Made by a program: the position numbers and the translations under genes. Positions 37,301 to 49,198 of a stretch of DNA of 64,000 bases are shown piece by piece; positions within the stretch are counted from its first letter, which is position 1; each line of letters begins with the position of its first letter. Under the pieces are notes generated by a model. It had not been told where the DNA came from. It worked only from the letters and a program-made list of their open reading frames with translations, and searched no databases. Source of the DNA: Rhizaria sp. SCN 62-66 (Eukaryota); contig MEDY01000005.1 of NCBI GenBank assembly GCA_001724265.1, forward strand, positions 1 through 64,000, given 5' to 3'.

Positions 37301-38494
37301 GTGTCGGCGGGCGCGGCAGGACTGGCCGCAGTGCTCTCGGGCTGAGCGGCAGAGACGCCGACACTGGTGTTCCCAATCAGACTAAGGCGCCGAGCAGTGT
37401 TCGCCGCCGTCGCACCCGCTGAGCGATCTGCGGAGGCCGTAGTGGCAACTCCGTCCTCCTCCTCAGCGACCTCGGGTGCGGGCTGGAGCTGGCTCTTCGC
37501 CGCCGCAGCAGCGATAAAAGCGCCAGAGTCACTATTCTGCCCGTTACTGCTACTGATAGCACTGTCACCTCTGGCACTAGCAGCGTTACCCTTGTTAGAG
37601 GTGGCGCCGTGCAGCACGGGCATGACGCCCGCCACCGCCGCCGCAGCCACCGCCGCCTCAGTCGAGTTACTGTTGGTCGTGGCTGCATTAGCGTTCGCAC
37701 CCGTGGCGGCGGCGCGGGCGTGCAGCAGCTGCGCAACGCGCTCCGAGATGACCTTCTCACAGAGCGCGACGACGAAGGACGCGACGGCTTTGTCCCCCAC
37801 GGCGACAACGGCGGGCTTGGCCGCGGCCTTAAGATCGAGGTGGACCTCGTCCTTCTTGTAGAAGGGCTGCTTGGATACCTGCGCGGCAAGGATCTCGCTC
37901 ACGGGGATGTCGTAGGCCGCCTTGCCGTCGACGATGCAGACTACGCGGTGTGAGGTCCACACGAGGCAGTTGTCGATGTCTTTGGCGCGCGCCTGGGGCA
38001 GTCGCTGCGGGGTGCAAGCGCGCAGTGAGATACGAAGATGAGACATTGAAGTGAGCGTAGAACGGAGCATTCATGCGGCAATATGTCGATAACACGTGTT
38101 TTATGAGCAATCTATATCAATCAATAGCAAACATGTGCCTAGAATCGTTACACAGAGACCTTGGCATGTGGCACGCGTATAAAATATCAACACGACTTAC
38201 CTGTGGAGGTCCGTGATCCCCATTGCCGGACTTTGCACCGGAGCCGGCCTCGCTGGTACTAGCGGCAGAGCCCGTAGCAGCAGAAGCGGTCTGTTTTGGT
38301 GCAGGCTTGACCGCGGGACGTGCCGGCGCGCCCGAGAGGAGCGGGATTATGTACAGGGGCAGCTCGTTGGGCTGGATCTCGAAGCTGGGGTGCGTCGCCA
38401 ACCGCATGATGTAGCCCATAGTTCCCAGGTAGCTCCCGTACACCACCGTGGGCGGGATCGCGAGTGCGTCATGCGGCGGGGCCTCGGCGCTCAT
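16333..38494 (-). CDS. Giant (~7,320 aa) Ala/Ser-rich protein with N-terminal PH-like segment, NPF motifs and scattered helical blocks (possibly exocyst Sec6/EXOC3-like); join(38201..38494,16333..38004)
   Basis: 21.7-kb stop-free frame. Upstream exon MSAEAPPH...GPPQ joins via intron 38005..38200 (GTAAGT...CGCAG, phase 0). TAA stop. Existence of the gene is well supported but the product call is weak. Confidence 0.75.
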
Positions 38495-39009
38495 GACTGG
38501 GGATCCTTGTCAAGAGTCGTGGCAGTCGGTTCCGTAGGTCTATCAAAGAGGGTTTGTGGTGTAGAACTGGATCCAGGTGCAGAGAGAGATCGGATGTGAT
38601 TAGAGAGACACAAATAAACAAACTTATCAAATGCAAAGTTACATTTTCGGACACACCAAGTCATCGATGAATGACGATGGGATTACAGCGAGATACAGGT
38701 GCGAGTTTATCTCGAGTCGACCTTTAAATCGAGACTGTGGCTGTCTGTTGTCGATCTCCGGCCTCTGAAAACAGTTGTGTATACTTTATCTTGACCGTCA
38801 TTGCAAATATAAAGGGCGGTTTAGCTTACCATGATGTGTTTTATGTTTGCACCTTTATTACGCACTTCTGAACACTTAGTATACCTCGTGTGGTACGCTT
38901 CGCAAGAAACTCGGGTAACCTCGAGCCCCTTCCCAACTCTCATACCTCGCTACACGCTGTTACGCAGCTTCATAGCGACCACCATCAGTGATCACTGTGC
39001 TCACTAAAC

Positions 39010-40638
39010 ATGGATTCCGTCCCGCGTCTTGACGCCTCCGACGCTCCTGTGCCGCACATGAGCCACAACAACTCACACCAACATGAAAACCAATCTCACA
39101 ACAGCGGTAACAGCTACGGCACCAGCGGTAACGGACCAGCTGTTACTGAGCCCGACTCTGACTCTGAGTCGCCAGAGGCCGAGCCTAAGCCGAACTGGGT
39201 TGTTGACGCTCTTGCCGGCTGCGCTGCAGGCCTGATCAGCGACACGGTTTTCTACGGCATCGACAGCTACAAGATCCTCCTCCAGTCCGCCGCAACGGCC
39301 ACCGTACCCGAAGCCGCCGCCGCTGGTGCCACGACGGCGGCTGCGACGGCCACTGCGGCGACCGCGGCATCCGGCGGGCTGCTTGCGGTGCTGCGTGCGC
39401 GCGTGCTTCCGCTGTTCGCGGGCGCCGTGCCGGTCATCGCCACGGGCTCGGGCATCGTTCTGGGGACATTCTTCGCTATCTACACCGGCAGCAAGCCCGC
39501 GCTGACCAGGTGGCTCGACCAAAGCAAGTACTCGCCCTTCAACATTGCTAACGGCAACGGGAGCAAGATCGCGAACAGAAGCACGAGCTCGGATACAAAC
39601 AACAATAACAACAACAACAGCAATAACAACGCTGACACAACGGCGACGGTGACTGCGAATGCGAATGCGACTGCTGCCAGTGCGAGCGCAAGTGCAGTGA
39701 GTCCCAGCCAGTCTATCCGCGAGGCACGTATCGAGACGACGGCGGCGGCGATGGCCTCAGTGCTGGCAGGCGTGCCCTCGTCGCTGCTGGGTGTCCCTTC
39801 AGACGTCGTCAAGAAGCACATCATCCTCAGCCAAGCCGGACACGCTGCCGCCGCTGATGGTGCTCCTGTGCACGCGCAAAGCCAAGCTGCAGCAGCGGCA
39901 GCCTCTTCTGCTGCGTCAACTCACGCAACGGTCGCTGTCTCCAAAGTCAAGCCGCCCCCGAGCGCAGGCGTAGCTGCGATCAGGACGATTTACAGCCACG
40001 GCGGCGTCAAAGGCTTTTTCACCGGCTATCAGGCGAACCTGATGAAAGACGTGCCGTTGAGCGTGTGTAAGATGGTGTTCTTCGAGGGAATGGCGCAATT
40101 CTTGACCTTCTCGCGCCAGTTCTCTTACTACCCGTCGTTTCTCTACAACAAAAACAAGTCGAGCAACCACAACAACAACAACAACAAAAACGGCAATAGC
40201 AGTGGCAACAACACCTCTAAGACTGCCGCGTTTGCCTCCGAGACCGCGGCTAAGAAGGCGGGCACCGTGGCCGCGAGCGCGGCCCGCAGCCAGGACGCGG
40301 CCGGCGCGGGGACCACCACGAGCGACTCCGACATCATGGGCCGGCCGCACTTGACCTCGGCCGAGACAGTGCTGGCGGGCGTGCTGAGCGGCGTGCTCAC
40401 GGTCGCTACCACGATGCCACTCGACACGATCAACACGCGCATGAAGGCGCCCGACGCGCCGGCCGCTGTCGCGCGCTCGATGAAGGCGGCGATGAAAGAT
40501 ATCACAGCGACTAAGGGGCTGGCGGGCCTGTGGCAGGGCACCGCGCCGCGCATGGTCACCTTCGGGCTCGGTGCGGGCGTCTTCTGGGCCTGTTTTGCGG
40601 AGCTACAGAAGGGGGTGCGCGGGCTCGGGATTAACTGA
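39010..40638 (+). CDS. Mitochondrial carrier family (SLC25) protein, S-adenosylmethionine-carrier-like, with low-complexity loop insertions
   Basis: Three carrier repeats: AGCAAGLISDTVFYGIDSYKILLQ; LGVPSDVVKKH...GGVKGFFTGYQANLMKDVP; TMPLDTINTRM...KGLAGLWQGTAPRM. TGA stop. Confidence 0.85.
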   Translation: MDSVPRLDASDAPVPHMSHNNSHQHENQSHNSGNSYGTSGNGPAVTEPDSDSESPEAEPKPNWVVDALAGCAAGLISDTVFYGIDSYKILLQSAATATVPEAAAAGATTAAATATAATAASGGLLAVLRARVLPLFAGAVPVIATGSGIVLGTFFAIYTGSKPALTRWLDQSKYSPFNIANGNGSKIANRSTSSDTNNNNNNNSNNNADTTATVTANANATAASASASAVSPSQSIREARIETTAAAMASVLAGVPSSLLGVPSDVVKKHIILSQAGHAAAADGAPVHAQSQAAAAAASSAASTHATVAVSKVKPPPSAGVAAIRTIYSHGGVKGFFTGYQANLMKDVPLSVCKMVFFEGMAQFLTFSRQFSYYPSFLYNKNKSSNHNNNNNKNGNSSGNNTSKTAAFASETAAKKAGTVAASAARSQDAAGAGTTTSDSDIMGRPHLTSAETVLAGVLSGVLTVATTMPLDTINTRMKAPDAPAAVARSMKAAMKDITATKGLAGLWQGTAPRMVTFGLGAGVFWACFAELQKGVRGLGIN

Positions 40639-41413
40639 AGATGTCTTAGGCGTCGGAGTGACCGTGAGTACAAACATGGTGATCTGGCGCATATTGAAGC
40701 GCTTCGATTGGACAGCTGTGAAGAGCGAAACGGACGTGTACGAAATGAAACAAATCTGAAGCATACTTTAACTGTGAAGTGTGATGTGTGAATGGTTATT
40801 TAGCGACGTGTGGAGGTGGTATTTATTGGTTTGCTTGTGCTTTAAGCGAATTATACGTGATCAAAAGGAGCAGTCAAGATATTTGTCCCCGAAAGAATGA
40901 CGTTGATATTGACTCGATGACTTGAACAAGACATATCTTGTCAACAAACAATGCGTGCAAAAAATACAACTGTCATTGATAGCCGAATTTCACCTTGTTG
41001 TAGCTCTGTGAAGTTACGTTTGTGCAACCAGAGCACGTGTGTGTCTTGCTAATACAGTTCATTTCTGACCCCGCCGTCGACAAAATTGATCCGGAATGGT
41101 GAAACGGTGTGGCGATTTTCAGCTTAACCCATCCGCTGCTGGTACTCAACCCACTTTATATGAAATTTAACTACTGTTTCAAATTATTATTCAGTTTGGG
41201 AATTTAGGCAGAACTGAATTGTGAAGCTGTAGAACTCGATTTGCGAAGATACCCCGATCTCCGCGCCCCACGTGGAATCTCCTTTACTCCGGACCTCTTC
41301 CCACACATATCATGTCATTCACTAGCGCAACTCAGCAGAATCACGACTTGACTGCGTAGCAACACGAGGAAATCTAACCATCCATCATCTTCTATTGTTT
41401 TGAAAACCTGGCT

Positions 41414-43713
41414 ATGACATATAGAAACCCTTTTTCCCTCGTCGCTCCAACGCACCCTCCGCCGCGGCCCTCCCTTTGCTCCCCGCTCCCCTCAGCCTTC
41501 GGGACTCCTCCACCGACAGCTCCAACGATGTCTTCCCCCCTTTCTTCATCCAGCGGCGACTCCACCACCCCCAGTGGTCCCTCGAAGCTTGCCTTCTTCG
41601 CCATGGGCGCCGCCGCCGCGCTCGGCGTCTCGGCACTCAAATCCCTCTTCACCAAGGGCTGCACCGCCAACACCACTTGCTCCAACACTGGCAACCCCAC
41701 CGCAGCTATCCCGGCCAGCCGCTGCCCGTTTTCCTCCAGCTCCAGCGCCCCTGCCGCAACCTCCGCTGCGAGCAACACCAGCGTCCCCACCAAGCCCATC
41801 TCCGGCTCCCTCCCCAGCTCCAGCTCCGGCTCCGGCTCCGACTCCGGCGCCGCGGCGGCGGACCGCGCGGCGTCGCTGGTTCGCCCCAAGCGCGGCAAGG
41901 ACCCCGTGCACTACCACAAGTACCTGCATCTGGACGCCGTGCTCAACGCGCAGCACCCGAAGTCGCTCGAGATCGGCGGCGTCGCCGCACACGACGAGAC
42001 GCTTTTCATCATCGTCCACCAGGTACGCGCACGAAACAATGATTTTGATGACATATCTAACGATAAGTGAAGTTAAACGCGGGAGATAATCTGGCAATAT
42101 ATCTATTTCTTTGAACTTCACTGTTTTTATGGTCTTAAATCATTTATCTATACTCTCAAATCTCACAATGTACAATTTATCCCATGCCTGATGTCTCCAG
42201 GCTCATGAGCTGTGGTTCAAGCAGATCATCCACGACCTGAACTCGATCCGGCGCCTGATGTCCGGCACGGCGGTGGAGGACCGCGCGATGGGCAAGGTGT
42301 TGGAGCGGCTCACGCGCATCACGAAGATCCAACGTCTGCTCGTCGACTCGCTGCCTGTGCTCGAGACTATGACGCCGCTGTCGTTCCTCGAGTTCCGCGA
42401 GTACCTTTTCCCCGCATCGGGCTTCCAGTCGATGCAGTTCCGCCAGTTCGAGGTGCTGCTGGGGCTGCGCCGCACGACGCGTTCGTGCTACGCGGGCGCG
42501 CAGTACGACTGCGTGCTCTCGGCCGGCCAGATCGACGAGATCCGCGCCCTCGAGGGTACGTCCGACTTGATCCGCAATGAATATCTTAATATCATATCTG
42601 TTCCACATTCAGTGATATAGTACTATATGATTCTGTTTGTATGTTTTTATTCGTGAGGAATTTGAACTATAATTGATTATATCATTGTCGCTAACGATAT
42701 GCTCATATCATATTTCCTCCCATAACTCCCTGACGTTTCGCTCTCACCACGACAGCTGAGCCGAGCCTGTTCTACCTGCTGGACAAGTGGCTGGCGCGCA
42801 CGCCGCTGCTGCGCGACGGCAGCTTCGACTTCTGGGAGCAGTACCAGTCGGCCGTCAGCACCATGTTCGACGAGGAGAAGACCGACCTGCAAAGTCAAGC
42901 CGCCGCGGGCCTCATCACCGAGACCACGGTCACCGCGCGGCTCCGCGACATGGAGACGCAGAAGGCCTTCTTCGCGCGTTTCTTCGACCCCGCGGCGTAC
43001 GAGGAGGGCATCGCGGCGGGCACCTACCGGCTCAGCTACCCCGCTTGCCAGGCCGCGCTCATGATCAACTTCTTCCAGGTACGCGTTTATTTCTGTCAAA
43101 ATCATGGGTATATCGCTTAGATCAACACTCGGTGACATGAATATGTTAAATTAGTACATCTTAATAATTACGGGTTGTTTTGCACAGAGTTGTTGAATTG
43201 ACTTTATTTTTATCTCACAATTTATCTTTTTCATGTTTGATTTACACTCCTTGCAACTCCTTGCAACGACGACGCCGACTGCCTCTGACACAGGAGGAGC
43301 CCATCTTCCAGGTTCCGTTCCAGCTCCTGTCGCTGCTGATCGACATCGATCAGAACCTGGCGGCGTGGCGCTCTAAGCACGCCTCGATGGTGCACCGCAT
43401 GCTGGGCGTTAAGATGGGCACCGGCGGCTCCAGTGGCTACTCGTACCTCCTGGAGACGGTGAACCAGCACCGTGTCTTCTCGGAGCTGGCCAACATCGCG
43501 TCGCTCATGGTGCCGCGCGCGTATCTGCCGCCGCTGCCCGAGCACGTCCGCGCTATGGCCTCCTTCTCGCTTTCGCAGATGGCCCTGAGCCGCGCAAACT
43601 CCTCCGCCGCCAGCAGCAGCGCTGACGGGGCCAATGCCGACAAGAAGACCGCGGCAGCGGCCACGGCGGGTGAGCCTGTGCTGACCGCGTCCACCGCTGA
43701 CTCGGTCCAGTAA
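41414..43713 (+). CDS. TDO2: Tryptophan 2,3-dioxygenase; join(41414..42022,42201..42555,42756..43078,43294..43713); alternative start 41528
   Basis: Spliced product contains YHKYLHLDAVLNAQ, HDETLFIIVHQ|AHELWFKQ, LETMTPLSFLEFREYLFPASGFQSMQFR, WLARTP and WRSKHASMVHRMLGVKMGTGGSSGYSYL. Three GTACG...CAG introns with consistent phases. TAA stop. Confidence 0.95.
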
Positions 43714-44281
43714 GCACCCCGGCGACTGAGTACGGACGTACTTTCACATCTAAGTACTGAGTGTATCCTCTGGATCTTTATGAATGCATGGCTAAGTAAT
43801 TATGTTTCATATGACCGAAGTATCTCTGCGCTCGTGTGATGAAGTCAAGTCTTGTACACACTTCCAACTCTAATTATTTTATGTTATTGACTGTTTTGTC
43901 ATATCTTTTTATATCCCTGATGTTGAAAGAAAACAAAGTTATTATAAGCGTTTGAAACAAGCCAACTGTGTCTAGACATGAGATTGTCTTTGCTACTTTG
44001 TCTTCTTCTTTTTTTTTAAGTGCCGTTTGGGCCGTGTGTTTACTTTCACTTTGTCCTCTGTTGCTAAGTGCTATCTCTTGAACACGATGACTATGCATAC
44101 ATACGCATATCTTTATTGCGCTGCCTCTCCTCCTGAAAGAAAATACAATATATCTATCGTCATAGATCCCATAAGAATGCAATGTATTAATATTTTACGA
44201 ATTATAGACTATCACTGGCCACAAACACACATATTATTCCTTCGCTCGCGCAAAGCAGTAGTCGCTCGCTCGCTCACTCGT

Positions 44282-45933
<1,652 letters not shown>

Positions 45934-46395
45934 GTTGTAATGATTAGAGGCTCTGCGAAAGGGAAATGGGGCTTCCGAGGCGAAGGGTAGGCAGGGGGGA
46001 AGAAAGGGAAGTGGTGCTGTGGGAGTGCCGGAACAGGGGGGAGCAGAATGCGGCGAGGGAAAACAGAAGGGTATATCAAACGACTAGTGAGCTATCTAAA
46101 TATGCAAATATATAACACTTCTTTTTGTGTCTCCTTGATACATCAAACGTTCGATTTACGGACATATCAATGCACAAGTAAGCTTTGCCGTGTGGTCTTC
46201 GATGACTCTAGACCGTGGAAGAAGCTTCTCGACTGGGACGACCCTCAGCCTCCTCAATTCCGGAGTTGAGTCTGGCACTACCAATGACTCTTGCAATCAA
46301 GAATGTTGTATCGGACTTTTCCTTACGCGTTTAAATACTATTTTGTCATTGAGAGTTGTATAGGTCTTTTTGGGGGCTTGATATCCCTAGATAAG

Positions 46396-48912
46396 ATGAT
46401 GCAACAGGGCGCCTTCCTGCCGTCGGTATGCCTCGTTGCCATCGTCAAGAACGAGGAAACCAACCCCGCTGGTGGCATCGTCGACTACCTCGACTCGATC
46501 CTGCCGTTCGTCCCCTTCGCCGTCATCGTCGACACCGGCAGCACCGACGGCACGCTAGCCCTGCTGCGCCAGGCCGCGGCTGAGCGGTACCCCTGGCTGC
46601 GTGTGCGCCAGTGCGCCTTCTCCGACTTCGCCACGGCGCGCAACCGCAGCCTGGCACTCGCGCGCGCGGCCGTGCGCGAGGCCGGGGTGGCCGTGGGCAC
46701 GGCGCTGGTGCTGGACGCCGACGAGCGGCTCACGCCGGCCGGGCTGATGCGCCTGCGCTCGGCGCTGCTCGGCTCGGTGACTCAGGGCACAGCGGCGCTG
46801 CAGCCGCTGCAAACTCGAGAAGAGCCAGCGCAGCAGCCACAGGACAGTATGCAGCAAGAGCATGTGGGAGTGTGTGTCAAGTTTGCGATCACAAACGTGC
46901 TGAGTGGCGGCGTGCCGTCAAGCCGGCAAAACGCGGGGTTGATGAACCCTCGCGTCTTTCCGCTCTTTGCGCCCATCAAAGAAAGCGCATGCTGTAACGA
47001 ATCAACCAGAACTGGCAACACGTGCAGCAGTGAAAACGCAAACGATACCAACACCACTGACAATGCTGACGACGCTGAACGTGGGCAGCAGCAGTCGTGT
47101 GTAGATCTCGGCGTTGGCCATGACGCGTACTCCGGCTACCGATTCGAAAACATGGTCCAAGAGAAGCGGTTTGAGAGGCTGATGTATCAAGGAGACTCAA
47201 TCAGCAAGGCTGCTTACGTTGACCTTGCCAGTATGCCCGTAGAGTCACTTCAGCAGACATCCAAGCGCGAGTCAGAAGCTTCACTGAATGAGACTGAAGT
47301 GTTGCAAGCAGTCAGTGAGTACTGCAACAGGCATAAGTTCAGCCCCTTAATTGTCAAGACACTGACGCACATGATCACCTCTCCGCTCTACGCATCAGCA
47401 GCGCCCCTCCACTTCGACGTCAAGGACTGTGAAACCTGTGACACGGCTACAGTCACCTTCTCCAGCCCGCACCTGAGCGCCCCGGCGCACTGCGCGCCTG
47501 GCGTCAGGCCCTGGGAGGTGCACTTCCTCCACTTCGTACCCAACAACAAGTCGCGCGTTGCCAAGTCGGTCGCGTACAAGGGCGCCGATGCCGCGGCCGC
47601 TGAGCGCGCCGTCGTGGCCGCCGCCAGCGACAGGGCCAATGGCGGCCGGATCGCGGCCAAGCGCGTGCAGTGGGCGGTGCTGCGGCAGGTTCAGCGGGTC
47701 GCCAAGCTGCTGGCCGCCGAAGTCAAGCCGCCTGCTGCCGTGATGCCGACTGCGGTCGTGCTGAAGGCCGCTGCCGGGGCGACGAGGCCGGAAGCAGGCG
47801 ACCACCACAAGCTGCAGCGCGGACTTGGCAGGGGGTCGTTGTTAGCGGCATTTCCTGTGCGGTTAACCGATGCTAGCAGCACCCCCAGCACGTCTACTGA
47901 CACGCAGTCGTGCTCACAGCCGGTTGAGGGCTCTGTGCTAGCATGGGTTGATGATATTGCGCTCTTGGCTATTCTGTCGGAATCGGTTCACATCGACAAC
48001 AGCGCAGAAAACAACGCGAATGGCAATATCAGCATTGAGTACTACGATGTGAATGGTGGCAAACATGTTTCAGGCTATATCACAACGATGATTACGACTG
48101 GTATTAACGGCGCAATCAACTTGATCCGTCAGCAACAAAAGCAACAAGGACAGCTACCGTTGCGTCAGCTGGCTTCACTTGGCCTGATTTCTCGCATCGT
48201 CGTTTGTCAAAAGTCGTTGGACAATATGCACCAGGGAGGTGAGCAGGCGACTTGTGCTGACTGCAAGAACCTATACTCTAGCTCGAAATTTTTATCACCA
48301 ATGTCCATAGTTCCAGAGGCCGTTCAGTGGCCTGCTGCCACCTACGCTACAGAGTCTGCTGTTAATGCGCTTACGTCACGTGGAAGTGCCCAAAGCTAGA
48401 CGCAAGCTCACATGGCAGCATATTGCGTCGCGAGCTATGCAGGTCTGCGGTCTCCCAACGACAAGACGGCCAGTAACACGCATAGCTACGAGTGTCAGAT
48501 TGTCGTTTGTCCCGCGTTACTCAAGGAATGGGGAATGAAGCGTGCAACTCAAGCCTGGAAAGCGGCTTGGGGCGCGGCTAAAGCTCCAACAAGCACGGCC
48601 AAGCTGGAGAACAGTGAATCTCAACTTAGCAAGGACACTGTCATAGTTCAGGACGGTGATTCAACTGTTGTGGGTCCAAACAGCGACCTCCGCGCACAAT
48701 TCCGCTTTTCATCCCCATTGCAACAGCTGCAGCAACAGCTTCCATCAGGCTCGGCGACGAGTGCTGCTTCTCAGAGTGTGAGTGCAAACGTATCTGCTGG
48801 TAATGCAGCCGGCCTTGCTGTGTGTGTACTGAAGCCCTCACTGAGCAACGTCACAGCAAGCTTCTTCGCCACACTCACTGCCGACGGCCATGTGTGGCTC
48901 ACGGATATGTAA
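46396..48912 (+). CDS. Glycosyltransferase family 2-like protein with long C-terminal extension; one in-frame TAG (48397..48399) as Gln
   Basis: GT2 motifs SVCLVAIVKNEE, IVDTGSTDGT, DFATARNRSL and LVLDADERL. ORF 46291..48399 (TAG) and ORF 48412..48912 (TAA) are in frame and separated only by ACG CAA GCT CAC. An upstream exon cannot be excluded. Confidence 0.7.
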
Positions 48913-49198
48913 TGTCACATCGAGCGTCAAACAGAACACGAATATCAAGCTTCAGTTTATATAGCCTGTAAAAATCATCCGAATAATTTATTGCATTACC
49001 TAGAATAATGTATTAAGCTCATCGGCCAACAATAATCGATCTTTTCTCTTTCTCATACAAAACGTGCACTTGCGAACTCTCTCTTTTCGAATCAATCTCA
49101 AACAATACCATAATCTCACAAAGCGCAAACAAAATTACCTCACTTGGATCTAAGTACGACTTCCTATCACCCTGACCCTTATACTGCATCTGTCACCT

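Noticed and set aside
37829-38200. ORF-track starts inside introns or at TTG/GTG (e.g. 38070, 60557, 57536, 52690, 2106)
   Set aside because: Phase-consistent upstream exons with ATG starts explain these better.
48397-48399. Pyrrolysine or selenocysteine recoding
   Set aside because: Eukaryotic context with no pyl genes; selenocysteine uses TGA; the sites are Gln-rich disordered regions, not catalytic positions.
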